From contig JBJFGS010000031.1 in the NCBI GenBank assembly GCA_051892935.1, positions 68,838 to 132,837 of the forward strand: DNA of 64,000 nucleotides, given 5' to 3'. Every line of letters starts with the position of its first letter. Position 1 is the first letter of the stretch. Positions 20,308 to 30,271 of this stretch are shown here, one piece after another. Source of the DNA: Candidatus Coprovivens sp. (GTDB lineage: Bacteria > Bacillota_I > Bacilli_A > RF39 > UBA660). The translations under genes were made by a program, and so were the position numbers. The notes beneath the pieces are model-generated. The model was not told the origin of the DNA and did not search any database. It saw nothing but the letters and a program-made list of their open reading frames with translations.

Positions 20308-22437
20308 ATGAAAAGAGTGTTACAATTTATAATTTTATTACTATTATCTTTTGTTATGCCTGCAATGGTATTAGCAGAAAGAATAGAATCTGATTTATCT
20401 TCTACTATTGATATAATAAAAAAATTTGAAATTGGTGAAGTAATTGTTACTAATGTTGGATACACAAGATATTCGAATATTTTATCTACTGGAAGAGCTG
20501 GGGTTTTATTTAATGGTAATATTACTAATAATTATGTTAGAGATGTTGATTTAGAATTAACTTTAAATGTATATAATAAAAATAAAAAGATAATTGAAAA
20601 AAGAATATCTGTTGTTAATATTCCAGCTAAGGGCAAGACTGTATATAATCAATATTTATATGCTGATGAAATTGATGTTAAATTGGATGACATATATTAT
20701 TATTCTTTGGAAGCTGATATTGTTTCTGATGTGGAAATATTGGAAAAAGGTCAGAATGATAAATATTATTTTGAGAACTATAATATAATAGTTGAGGTTG
20801 GGGAAAATAATGTTTTTTTCGTACAAGAATCTTTTGATGCTGTTTTTAATAAAAATGTTGTTCCATTAAATATAGGTATTCCTTTTAGACATACTTATGT
20901 AAGAAATGATGGAAGTAAAGTAAATAAAAGAGCTGTTATAAGTGATATAGTGGTTGAGGATTATTATAGCCTTTTTACAGAAGAAGGATTAAGATATTTA
21001 AAAATTGGTAAAGAGGATAAAGAAAGTATTACGAAGAATTATAACTTTAAATATACTTATAATGTTGGTAAAGATACTTTAAAAGATAATGACGAATTTG
21101 TCTTTTATTTAATTAATAATTTAACAGTTAAAACTGATGGTATTAGTTTTAAAATAATAATGCCAAAAGAGTTTTCAGAAAAAAATATAAGATTTATTGA
21201 TGCAAATGGAATAAATGTTGAAAATGTAAATTATACAGTTAAAGATAACGTTATAGAGGGAAAAATTGATGATGTTATAAATCCTGGAATTAGTTATGCT
21301 ATTAGTATAGAACTAGAAGATGGTTATTTTGTTAATTGTTCTAGTAATGTTAGTAGATTAACGATAATTAGTTTTGTAACTCCTTTATTATTCTTGATAA
21401 TTGCTTTGATAGTATTATTTGTTAATAAACATAATCATAAAAAAGTTACTTTTGAAAGCATATATTTTAATGAAAAGTTAAATAGTTTAGAATTAGGATA
21501 TTTATATAGTGGAGATATTAAAGATAGTGATATTGCTTCTTTATTATTTTGTTTAGCTAATAAAGGGTATATTGAAATAGAAAAGAGTAAAAAGAATTAT
21601 TCTATTATAAAAAAGCGTGATTATGAAGAAGATGATCGTTTAGAAATGGCTTTTATGAATGAGTTATTTTTATCAAAAGATGTGGTATCTAAAAAAGAAT
21701 TATTATCTTCGTTGGAAGATTTGAAAGATATAATTGTTGTTAAACTAGGAAAGAAAAGAAAAAATAAAATATATAATAGAAAAGTATTTAATTATAAATT
21801 ATTATTTTGGATAATGATTTGTATAACTTTAGTACTTAGTATTACTAATATATTTATAGAATATCAACCTAGTGTTATAGTTGTAAATTGTATTGTTACT
21901 ATAATTGGTTATATTATTTTGTTAAATAGTGTTGTTAGTAAGAATAGTATGATAGAAAAAATATTGTATTCTCTAGTTTCTTTAATATTAATTGTTTCGC
22001 CTATTGTTTTAACTTCTTATAAAGCATATTTACAAGATATATTATATATTATTATATATATAGTAAGTATTATATCTATTTTAATAATTGCATGTATAGC
22101 TAGTATATTGAGTGATAGAACTAAATATGGAAATAAAATGTTAAGTAAGATAAGTGCTTATAAAAATTATTTAGTTTTTTGTAATGATGAAGTTATTAAT
22201 AAAGAATTAAACGATAATGAAAATTGTGTATATGAAGTATTACCATATGCAATGGCATTAGGTATATCTGATAAATGGATAAATAGATTTATTGATAAAG
22301 ATATTATAAAACCTATATGGTATAGTACTAATGAAGAATTTGATTTAAATAATTTCTATTTGGATATTTTGAATATTTATTCTGATATGTTTATAGGTCT
22401 TCAAAAAAAAGAAGAAATAGATAATAGTAAAAAATAA
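20308..22437 (+). CDS. DUF2207 family membrane protein (no Gly-rich tail)
   Basis: Signal peptide; YTYNVGKD, LANKGYIEI, LPYAMALG; paralogous to 41771-44269. Confidence 0.8.
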   Translation: MKRVLQFIILLLLSFVMPAMVLAERIESDLSSTIDIIKKFEIGEVIVTNVGYTRYSNILSTGRAGVLFNGNITNNYVRDVDLELTLNVYNKNKKIIEKRISVVNIPAKGKTVYNQYLYADEIDVKLDDIYYYSLEADIVSDVEILEKGQNDKYYFENYNIIVEVGENNVFFVQESFDAVFNKNVVPLNIGIPFRHTYVRNDGSKVNKRAVISDIVVEDYYSLFTEEGLRYLKIGKEDKESITKNYNFKYTYNVGKDTLKDNDEFVFYLINNLTVKTDGISFKIIMPKEFSEKNIRFIDANGINVENVNYTVKDNVIEGKIDDVINPGISYAISIELEDGYFVNCSSNVSRLTIISFVTPLLFLIIALIVLFVNKHNHKKVTFESIYFNEKLNSLELGYLYSGDIKDSDIASLLFCLANKGYIEIEKSKKNYSIIKKRDYEEDDRLEMAFMNELFLSKDVVSKKELLSSLEDLKDIIVVKLGKKRKNKIYNRKVFNYKLLFWIMICITLVLSITNIFIEYQPSVIVVNCIVTIIGYIILLNSVVSKNSMIEKILYSLVSLILIVSPIVLTSYKAYLQDILYIIIYIVSIISILIIACIASILSDRTKYGNKMLSKISAYKNYLVFCNDEVINKELNDNENCVYEVLPYAMALGISDKWINRFIDKDIIKPIWYSTNEEFDLNNFYLDILNIYSDMFIGLQKKEEIDNSKK

Positions 22438-22520
22438 CTTTAATTAAATGTTAGAAGTAATCAATAGATTACTTCTTTTATTTATGATATAATAAAAAAT
22501 ATAAAATAGGTGGTGTGGCT

Positions 22521-23318
22521 ATGATGAAACAATTAAAAGCCAAATTTGAAGTTGGAGATGAAGTAGCTGTTATTAGTAATGGTAGTATCGGAATAATAAA
22601 AAGTATTATTTCTTATTTAGGGGAAGGAGATAATATATATCTTGTTACTTTTAATGGATTAGATAAAACGTGTGTTGAATCGAATTTGAGAATTTCTAGA
22701 AAGAAATATACTTCTTTAGCAGTTGATATAAAAGATATTGGTATTAACTTTATGATAGAAGATAAGTTTAAAGAAATAATAGAAATGTTAAAGTTGAAAC
22801 ATCCAAATGATGAAAAAGAACAATTATCAAATGCTTTAAAACTACATAGTTATTTGGTCTTGAATGAAGAAAATGATACAGAAATTACTAATATAGGAAA
22901 TAGTGTTTTAAAAAATCAATTATATCATGGGCTATTTAATGGAGAAACTGATCCAATTGTTAATTCATATATATTTAGTGAAATATTACATAAAATTGGA
23001 ATGGATGTTTTAAATGTTGTATTAAAATTAGAAAAGTCAACTTTTTATGTTGCTAATTTAGTATTAATAGGTGAAGATTATTATTATTTTGATTTAAGTT
23101 TAGAAAAAGAATTATTTAGGGAAAATGGTTCTGATATAAATAATTTTATAGTATGTTGTGGAGCTTTAGGAAGAGAAAGTTATGAACAATTTTTTAAGCC
23201 ACTTTGTTTAATTGATTTTAATGATAGACTTGCACCTAATACTTTACCTAAAAATATAGCGCAGAAGGATATAGATATAGATTTAGTTAATAAACTATTA
23301 AATATGGAGTTAATGTGA
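22521..23318 (+). CDS. KOW/SH3-like domain fused to a degenerate transglutaminase-like domain
   Basis: KFEVGDEV..IGIIK N-terminus; ANLVLIGEDYYYFDLS matches the (HAW)NLV.I.G.YY.FD motif, but Cys and His are absent. Confidence 0.5.
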   Translation: MMKQLKAKFEVGDEVAVISNGSIGIIKSIISYLGEGDNIYLVTFNGLDKTCVESNLRISRKKYTSLAVDIKDIGINFMIEDKFKEIIEMLKLKHPNDEKEQLSNALKLHSYLVLNEENDTEITNIGNSVLKNQLYHGLFNGETDPIVNSYIFSEILHKIGMDVLNVVLKLEKSTFYVANLVLIGEDYYYFDLSLEKELFRENGSDINNFIVCCGALGRESYEQFFKPLCLIDFNDRLAPNTLPKNIAQKDIDIDLVNKLLNMELM

Positions 23319-23319
23319 T

Positions 23320-23805
23320 ATGAAAATTAATAAAAAACTAATTAATAACTTATTTAGTGAAGAATTAGTTTTAATGATGTATCAATTATTAGAAGAATTT
23401 CATTCATTAGATTATGATGAAGATACAATATTTAATGTATTAAAAAAATTTAATGAGTCATTTAGAATGGGAATGTATTTATTAGCTTTAGAAAAAAACT
23501 ATGATAATGTTTCTTTTAGAATAAATCGTGTTAATAAGAAAATTAATATTATTAGAAAAGAACAATTCTTAGAAGCTTATGAAAATAAATGTGTTGAAGA
23601 TTTTTTAAAGAAACTTGGTAAAAGTGATAAGATTTCTTTGATGAGTGATTTAGGTGTTGATTTGCCATTAGATGAAAGAATGAAACTTGCTAAAAAAGAA
23701 TTGGATTATTATAGAATAATTAGTAATTCAGTTATGCTAGATCAAGCTAGTGACAAAAGAGATGGAATTGATACATTTTTAAAATATAAGAAAGAAGATG
23801 TTTAA
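23320..23805 (+). CDS. hypothetical protein
   Basis: 161-aa ORF coupled to the upstream gene. Confidence 0.7.
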   Translation: MKINKKLINNLFSEELVLMMYQLLEEFHSLDYDEDTIFNVLKKFNESFRMGMYLLALEKNYDNVSFRINRVNKKINIIRKEQFLEAYENKCVEDFLKKLGKSDKISLMSDLGVDLPLDERMKLAKKELDYYRIISNSVMLDQASDKRDGIDTFLKYKKEDV

Positions 23806-23887
23806 ATTATTTAGAATAATAAAGATTTAAATAGTTTAAGCTTTTTTTTAATATATGATAAAATTATTTTTAGAGAGGTAGTTATTA

Positions 23888-24820
23888 ATGAGTAATTTAT
23901 TAAGTAAAATAGAAAAAACAACAAAGTATGTTAGTGAAAATTCTAAATATGTTTCGATTAATTATAAAAAGATAGATAGAATTATTGAAGGTGGTGAATT
24001 CAATAAAATAAGTTATTGGTTAAAGTCTAATCCTTTTGGAATAATGGATCTTGGTTATAGGAATCTTGTTAATTTTTTGCTTGTTTATCATACGATAGGT
24101 GATTATTGTTTTTGGGGTGAACCAAAGTGGACAATTGAATCCGCAGTAGGCAAGTTGGATGGTTCTTATGCAATTATGTATTTATTAATTGATAGATTTA
24201 ATAAAAATCAAGATTTTAATATGTCATATGATGAATTTAAAGATTTATTAAAAGGGAATATTGAAATACCTTTATTGGAAGAAAGATATAATTGTTTAGT
24301 TAAAATGAATAAATATTTAGATAGTATTGCTAAAGATTTCTATAATGAAATAAAAGATTATAAAGATGATATTTCTTTATTAGATTATATTATTAATAGT
24401 TTTGATTATTTTAATGATGAATGTGATTATAAAGGTGAAAGAATATATTTTTATAAAAGAGCACAATTAATTACATCTGATATTTTGCATGTGAGAAAAC
24501 TATTAGAAGATGTAGAAGTTAATTATACTAATTTAATGGGATGTGCTGATTATAAAATACCACAAGTGATGAGATGTTTAGGAATGATTGAATTCAATGA
24601 TGAACTGGCTAGTATGGTGGATAATTATCAAGAGTTATCTTATGGTAGTGAAATGGAAGTAGAAATAAGAGCTAATAACTTAGTTATTATTAATTATATT
24701 TATGAAAAACTTGAAGGTAAAGTTTCAAGAATGGATATAAATGATTATATTTGGTTACTTGGACAAGATAAGAGTAAAATGGTTAAACCATATCATAGAA
24801 CAAAGACAATTTATTATTGA
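23888..24820 (+). CDS. qng1: queuosine salvage protein (DUF2419 / Q-nucleotide N-glycosylase family)
   Basis: FYKRAQL, ADYKIPQVMRCLG, EVEIRA, DYIW and C-terminal HRTKTIYY. Confidence 0.85.
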   Translation: MSNLLSKIEKTTKYVSENSKYVSINYKKIDRIIEGGEFNKISYWLKSNPFGIMDLGYRNLVNFLLVYHTIGDYCFWGEPKWTIESAVGKLDGSYAIMYLLIDRFNKNQDFNMSYDEFKDLLKGNIEIPLLEERYNCLVKMNKYLDSIAKDFYNEIKDYKDDISLLDYIINSFDYFNDECDYKGERIYFYKRAQLITSDILHVRKLLEDVEVNYTNLMGCADYKIPQVMRCLGMIEFNDELASMVDNYQELSYGSEMEVEIRANNLVIINYIYEKLEGKVSRMDINDYIWLLGQDKSKMVKPYHRTKTIYY

Positions 24821-24846
24821 TATTTAATTACTTTAGGGGTGATTTT

Positions 24847-25362
24847 ATGTTTATTGATTTTAAAAGGGAAGTTATTGATTACTTAGATTTACAAGAATAC
24901 TTAAAAGAAAATGATATTAATTTACCAAAATATAGAGTAGCTGTTATTTCTTTAATGATGGATGAAAATAAGAGAATTCTATTACAGAGAAGAGGTCCAA
25001 AATCGAGAGATGAATTTGGTAAATTAGAAGATATAGGTGGAGCTTTCGAGGAAAGTGATAATACTTTTAAGGAAGCTATGAATAGAGAAATACTAGAAGA
25101 GGTTGGTAATGAAATTAATTATTCGATTGATCAATTAGTAGGTGCTTGCTTGGTTAAGAAATATGATTCTAGAACAAATCAAGATGTTAATTGGTTATTT
25201 CTTTTATATAAATGTACTTATATAGGTGGAATTCTTAAAATAAATGAGCCTGGTAAGTGTTTGGGATATGAATTTTATAAATATGATGAATTACCTAAAG
25301 ATGAAGTTGCATCTACTACATTGTCTTTTTGGAATTTCTATTATAGTAAGTGTGATATGTAG
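24847..25362 (+). CDS. NUDIX hydrolase
   Basis: ILLQRRG..SRDE.GKLEDIGG...EAMNREILEEVG Nudix box; NEPGKC. Confidence 0.88.
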   Translation: MFIDFKREVIDYLDLQEYLKENDINLPKYRVAVISLMMDENKRILLQRRGPKSRDEFGKLEDIGGAFEESDNTFKEAMNREILEEVGNEINYSIDQLVGACLVKKYDSRTNQDVNWLFLLYKCTYIGGILKINEPGKCLGYEFYKYDELPKDEVASTTLSFWNFYYSKCDM

Positions 25363-25433
25363 AAAAATTTTATATTAAGAAAACTGCTTTGGCAGTTTTT
25401 TGCATTTCTTAATAATAATTGTTAATACTATAA

Positions 25434-26906
25434 ATGATGAAAAAGATGGAAATTAAAAGTATTTGGACTAAAGATATTCATTTAAAAGAAGTAAATAGTT
25501 TAAAAGATAATATAGATGTTGATGTTTTAATAATAGGAGGAGGATTAACAGGAATAAGTTGTGCTTATTATTTGAAAGATAATAATTTAAAAATAGCTGT
25601 TGTAGAAAAAAATAATGTCGGAATGGGAGTTACTTCTAGAACAACAGGTAAAATAAATTATTTACAAGAAACAATTTACTCTGATTTAGAGGAGAGATAT
25701 TCGTATGAAGTTGCTAAAAGGTATTATGAATCACAGGTATTAGCTATTGATGAATTTAAAAGAATTATTAAAAATGAAGAGATAAATTGTAATTTTGAAC
25801 AAGTAAAATCTTATATTTTCACTAATAAAAGTAGTGAAGTTGATAATATTAAATTGGAAGAAAATATTTTAGAGTCTTTTGGTGTTGAAGTTAATAGATA
25901 TACTTTTATGGATAATGATTTGAAGTGTAAATATGCAATATCTGTTAATGATACTTATACATATCATCCTTTAAAATTTTTATATTCTTTGAGAAATATT
26001 ATAGAGAGCCAAGGAATTAATATTTATGAAAAAACTGAGATAATTGAAATTGTAAAAAAGAGTGATAGTTATATTTGTTACACTAAAGATAATAAGATAG
26101 TAGCTAAAAAAGTTATTATAGCTTGTCATTATCCTTTTTTCTTGAAACCTTATATGATGCCTTTAAAAGTTTATACAGAAAAATCATATATAGTTGTAGG
26201 TAAAACTAATGATTATAAAAGAGAATCTTTAATAACTACATCTATGCCTGTTAAGTCAATTAGATATTTTGGTAATAAATATGTTTTTTATTTGGGTAAT
26301 TCACATAATATATGTAATAAATTGAATGAAGTTGAAAATTTTAATAATACATTAAGAGAAGCTCAAATGTTAGGTATTAAAGCAGAATATATATGGTCTA
26401 ATGACGATATGATGAGTATTGATAGAATACCATATATTGGAAGATTAGAAAAAGATAATGAAAACTTGTTAATCGGAACAGCTTATAGTACATGGGGAAT
26501 GACTAATGGATTACTTGCTGGTTACATACTTAGTAATATGGTAAATGGGAAAAGAACAGATTATGATGATATATTTGATCCATTAAGAGTATGCTCCTTA
26601 GATTGTTTTTTAAATATGGGAAGTAGTATAAAGAGTTTTATTCAAAATAAAGTTGTTAAAAATAAAGAGTGGTATAGTAATAGAATAAAATATGAAACTA
26701 GAAATGGAAAAAAAGTGGCAGTTTATATTGATGATAATAAGGAATATGTAGTATTAAGTAATTGTCCTCATATGGGATGTACTTTAATATTTAATGAAAT
26801 AGAGAAAACTTGGGATTGTCCTTGTCATGCATCTAAATTTGATTTAAATGGTAAATGTATAAAAGGACCTAGTAGTTATGATATAAGTTATAGAGAAGAA
26901 TCTTAG
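25434..26906 (+). CDS. FAD-dependent oxidoreductase with C-terminal Rieske [2Fe-2S] domain (YhfW-like)
   Basis: GGGLTG Rossmann motif; TSRTTGK; CPHMGC...WDCPCHASKF. Confidence 0.9.
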   Translation: MMKKMEIKSIWTKDIHLKEVNSLKDNIDVDVLIIGGGLTGISCAYYLKDNNLKIAVVEKNNVGMGVTSRTTGKINYLQETIYSDLEERYSYEVAKRYYESQVLAIDEFKRIIKNEEINCNFEQVKSYIFTNKSSEVDNIKLEENILESFGVEVNRYTFMDNDLKCKYAISVNDTYTYHPLKFLYSLRNIIESQGINIYEKTEIIEIVKKSDSYICYTKDNKIVAKKVIIACHYPFFLKPYMMPLKVYTEKSYIVVGKTNDYKRESLITTSMPVKSIRYFGNKYVFYLGNSHNICNKLNEVENFNNTLREAQMLGIKAEYIWSNDDMMSIDRIPYIGRLEKDNENLLIGTAYSTWGMTNGLLAGYILSNMVNGKRTDYDDIFDPLRVCSLDCFLNMGSSIKSFIQNKVVKNKEWYSNRIKYETRNGKKVAVYIDDNKEYVVLSNCPHMGCTLIFNEIEKTWDCPCHASKFDLNGKCIKGPSSYDISYREES

Positions 26907-26943
26907 GATTCTTTTTTTGTGATATACTAAGTGGGGTGGTAGT

Positions 26944-27681
26944 ATGAATCAAGAGTTAATGGGAGAGTTTATTGCTCAAGGAAGAAAAAATAAAGGGTTA
27001 ACTCAGGAACAATTAGCTGAAAAAATCAATGTTGATAGAACAGTTGTCTCAAGATGGGAAAGAGGTATTTCTGCTCCTGATATTTTTTTATTAAAAGATT
27101 TAGCTGAAATTTTAAATGTTAGTGTTGTAGAACTTCTGAACTGTAAAAAAGATGAAAAGATTTGTAATACTGATGATGTGATGATTGGAGCAATAAAATT
27201 TTATAAAAATAAAGTAATGAAAAGAATGAAATTATTGTTGATTATTGTAGTTATTATTTTATTAACTGTGTTCATTACTTCTTCAGTTGTTAGTAAGCGT
27301 AACTATTTTACGATTGAAAAAATAGGCTATAATGGAGATTTTACAACTTCTGGATATTATTTTGCTAATGAATTTGGTAAAAGTATACTATTTATTAAAA
27401 GTTTGAATTATAATGGAATTTATTTAGGGACAATAAATGAACCGGTAACTGATTCAATTGAAGTAACGTTATTGACAAAAAATAATGTTATATTAAAAGA
27501 AAATTTTAGTTGTGAATCTGATTACTCTGAAGATTGTAATTTATCTAATATTTTAAAAAATTATTCTGTTGTTGTAGAACTAAAAGATAATAAGTATGAC
27601 TTGAGGGACTTTTATTTATCGATTCACTATTATGATAATAATTTAAAAGAAAAATATTTTTCTTTTCCTTTGAAGGATTAG
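26944..27681 (+). CDS. XRE-family HTH regulator with one TM and an extracytoplasmic domain
   Basis: RKNKGLTQEQLAEKINVDRTVVSRWERG, then a hydrophobic helix and a ~125-aa C-terminal domain. Confidence 0.85.
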   Translation: MNQELMGEFIAQGRKNKGLTQEQLAEKINVDRTVVSRWERGISAPDIFLLKDLAEILNVSVVELLNCKKDEKICNTDDVMIGAIKFYKNKVMKRMKLLLIIVVIILLTVFITSSVVSKRNYFTIEKIGYNGDFTTSGYYFANEFGKSILFIKSLNYNGIYLGTINEPVTDSIEVTLLTKNNVILKENFSCESDYSEDCNLSNILKNYSVVVELKDNKYDLRDFYLSIHYYDNNLKEKYFSFPLKD

Positions 27682-27710
27682 ATAACACTTTTTTTATTTA
27701 ATTTTATTGC

Positions 27711-27746
27711 GAGTAGAAATTACTCTAAAATGAGTAATTTCTACTC
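27711..27746. promoter_or_regulatory. perfect 15-bp inverted repeat, probable operator
   Basis: GAGTAGAAATTACTC-taaaat-GAGTAATTTCTACTC; each arm is itself GAGTA-N5-TACTC. Confidence 0.7.
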
Positions 27747-27836
27747 TTTACTTTATTTACTAAAAAGTATTAATTTATACTTATAAAGAAAAAAAGCATG
27801 CATTATTTCTTTAGTTGATGGAAGGAGGTATATTGA

Positions 27837-28256
27837 ATGAAAAAAAACAAAAAAGAATTGTTAATATTTTCTGCATTAGTTCTTTTTATAATTGGAACTG
27901 GTGTGGTTAGTGCAAAACTTATTTTTGGAATATGTACTACTATTGCATCTGGAAATACTTTTTCTAGCGGTGCAATAACTGCTCCATATGATAATGCTAA
28001 AATTGAATTAACGCCTACTAATTTTACGGATACTTCATATTCTAAAAAGACTTTGTTAACAATTCAAGTAAAATCAGGGAATTCATATGTTACTGCAGTT
28101 TCAGAAGTAAAATCTTTGGCTTATGCATGTCATTATTTTAATTATTCTGATATTGGTGCTGGTACATGGAAGGTAAGTTTAAAACAAGCAAATGCTACTG
28201 GTACAATAAAATATGCAGGTATGACAGCTGAGTTGGGTATTAATAGCAATTCATAA
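27837..28256 (+). CDS. small Sec-secreted protein (S/T/A/G-rich, 2 Cys)
   Basis: AAGGAGG RBS; MKKNKK plus hydrophobic core plus VSA cleavage site. Confidence 0.8.
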   Translation: MKKNKKELLIFSALVLFIIGTGVVSAKLIFGICTTIASGNTFSSGAITAPYDNAKIELTPTNFTDTSYSKKTLLTIQVKSGNSYVTAVSEVKSLAYACHYFNYSDIGAGTWKVSLKQANATGTIKYAGMTAELGINSNS

Positions 28257-28268
28257 TATATAAACTAA

Positions 28269-28299
28269 TCTATGCGGGCTTTAATTAGGCTCGCATAGA
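28269..28299 (+). terminator. GC-rich hairpin between secreted-protein gene and permease (attenuator or stabiliser)
   Basis: tctatgcgggc...gctcgcataga with no strong U-tract. Confidence 0.6.
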
Positions 28300-28322
28300 A
28301 AAATTTTAAAATGGGTGATTTT

Positions 28323-29549
28323 ATGACAGATATTATGGGTATTTCTTTTAAGACTGTTTTAAGAGATAAGATGACGAAAATAATTATTTTAATTATGAGT
28401 ATCGTTTTCTTTATAGGAACGATAATTTCTATTTATCAAAAAGGAATTGAAGATAACGTAATTCATAATTATAGTAAAGATGATTATTATGCTCGTATTT
28501 TAATGGTTGGAAAGACTGGAAATATTGAAGAACATATGGAAGAGTTAAAAAATATTGATCATATTCAAACAGTTTTAAAGATGTACGATTTACCGCTTGT
28601 TAAATTTACAAATGAAGATTTTAAAACAAAAAATACTGATGGTAAATTTGTTGCTTATACTGCAGATAATAATTCACTTCCTAAACTTACAGCAGGAACG
28701 GAATTCCCTGATAATGAAGGACTTTATTTAATTTGTCCAGAAGTAATGTATGCTAATTTGACACTATATGGAAATAGTTATGTAACTAAAATAACTAATA
28801 AAGATAGAATTAATATTAAAAAATATTTGAATAAAACTTTATCTTTTTCGTATACCGCTTATGATGAAAATGGTGAGATGTTCAATAAAAGTATTAATGT
28901 AAAAATGATTGGAACTTATAAAGCAAGTGAAACTAATTTAAATGATAATGTTTGTTTTATGAATGAAAATTTAAAAAAGACTGTGTATTATGAAGCATAT
29001 TCATTCAAAGAGAAAGAATACGATTATGAAGAAATGCCATTAATGTTGGTAGTAGATAGTTTTCAAAATATGGATGAAGTTTTAAACAAATTAGAAAGTT
29101 TAGAATACGGATATAATAAATTAGTAGTTGATATTCCTGATTACTTAGAAGAGTTAGATAATTCAATGACAATATTTAGTTCAATTATTTTATTAATAAA
29201 TCTATGTTTAATAGTTATTTTATTTAATATTTTTTTCAATAGAAATCTTAGAAACTTAAAGTTATATAAATTTTTAGGTTATTCAAATAAAAATATAAAA
29301 TTTATTAATCTTTTTTGTAATATAATAATTGCGTTAATTGCTTTTCTTGTGTCAATCATATTATCAGTTGTTTATAAATATTTGATGGAATTAATTATAT
29401 ATTATAGACCTTTTATATTTAGTAAATATGAAATTATATTTTCAATAAAATATTTGATATATATTTCAAGTATATCATTTGTATTCATTATATTAGTTTC
29501 ATTATTTAATAATAAATCTTTAAGTAAAAAGTTAGATGAACATGAATAG
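28323..29549 (+). CDS. FtsX/MacB-type ABC permease
   Basis: TM1, large external domain, 3 TMs; LYKFLGYSNKNI motif. Confidence 0.78.
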   Translation: MTDIMGISFKTVLRDKMTKIIILIMSIVFFIGTIISIYQKGIEDNVIHNYSKDDYYARILMVGKTGNIEEHMEELKNIDHIQTVLKMYDLPLVKFTNEDFKTKNTDGKFVAYTADNNSLPKLTAGTEFPDNEGLYLICPEVMYANLTLYGNSYVTKITNKDRINIKKYLNKTLSFSYTAYDENGEMFNKSINVKMIGTYKASETNLNDNVCFMNENLKKTVYYEAYSFKEKEYDYEEMPLMLVVDSFQNMDEVLNKLESLEYGYNKLVVDIPDYLEELDNSMTIFSSIILLINLCLIVILFNIFFNRNLRNLKLYKFLGYSNKNIKFINLFCNIIIALIAFLVSIILSVVYKYLMELIIYYRPFIFSKYEIIFSIKYLIYISSISFVFIILVSLFNNKSLSKKLDEHE

Positions 29550-29557
29550 TAGAATGG

Positions 29558-30271
29558 ATGATAAAAATGAGTGAAGTAGTTTTAGAGTGTAAAAATATTT
29601 ATAAAAAATTTAGAAAAAGAAAAAAGAATTTGATTGTTTTAAATGATATTAGCTATAAATTTGAAAAGAATAAAGTGTATGCAATTGTAGGAAGAAGTGG
29701 AGCAGGAAAAACTACACTAATTAATATTCTTGGGTTGATTAGAAAACCAAATTCAGGAGAAATTTTACTTAATGGAAGGAATGTAACCAAATTAAGCGAG
29801 AGAGTGTTAGCAAAAATTAGAAATAAAAATATTGGATTTGTTTTTCAATCTTTTTACTTGAATCCTTTGATGACCGCAGCTGAAAATATTGAATTACCAA
29901 TGTTGATTAATAAAGATATTTCAAAAGTTGATAGAAATAAAAGAGTAGAATACTTATTAGATATTGTTGAAATTGAAAACAGAAGTGAACATTTTCCAAG
30001 AGAATTATCTGGTGGTGAACAACAAAGAATTGCAATTGCAAGAGCTTTAGCTAATAATCCTGATATATTACTTGCTGATGAGCCAACTGGTTCTTTAGAT
30101 CCAGAGAATGAAGAAAATATTTTAGAATTACTAAGAAAACTAAGTAAAGAAGGAAAATGCATAATAATTGTTACTCATAGTAATATAGTAAAAAAATATG
30201 TTGATGTAGTATTAGAACTTAAAAATGGTAAATTAGAAGAGGCAAAAAATGATAGAAATATTAATAAGTAA
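29558..30271 (+). CDS. ABC ATP-binding protein (LolD/MacB type)
   Basis: GRSGAGKT, IGFVFQSFYL, LSGGEQQR, LADEPTGSLD, VTH. Confidence 0.93.
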   Translation: MIKMSEVVLECKNIYKKFRKRKKNLIVLNDISYKFEKNKVYAIVGRSGAGKTTLINILGLIRKPNSGEILLNGRNVTKLSERVLAKIRNKNIGFVFQSFYLNPLMTAAENIELPMLINKDISKVDRNKRVEYLLDIVEIENRSEHFPRELSGGEQQRIAIARALANNPDILLADEPTGSLDPENEENILELLRKLSKEGKCIIIVTHSNIVKKYVDVVLELKNGKLEEAKNDRNINK

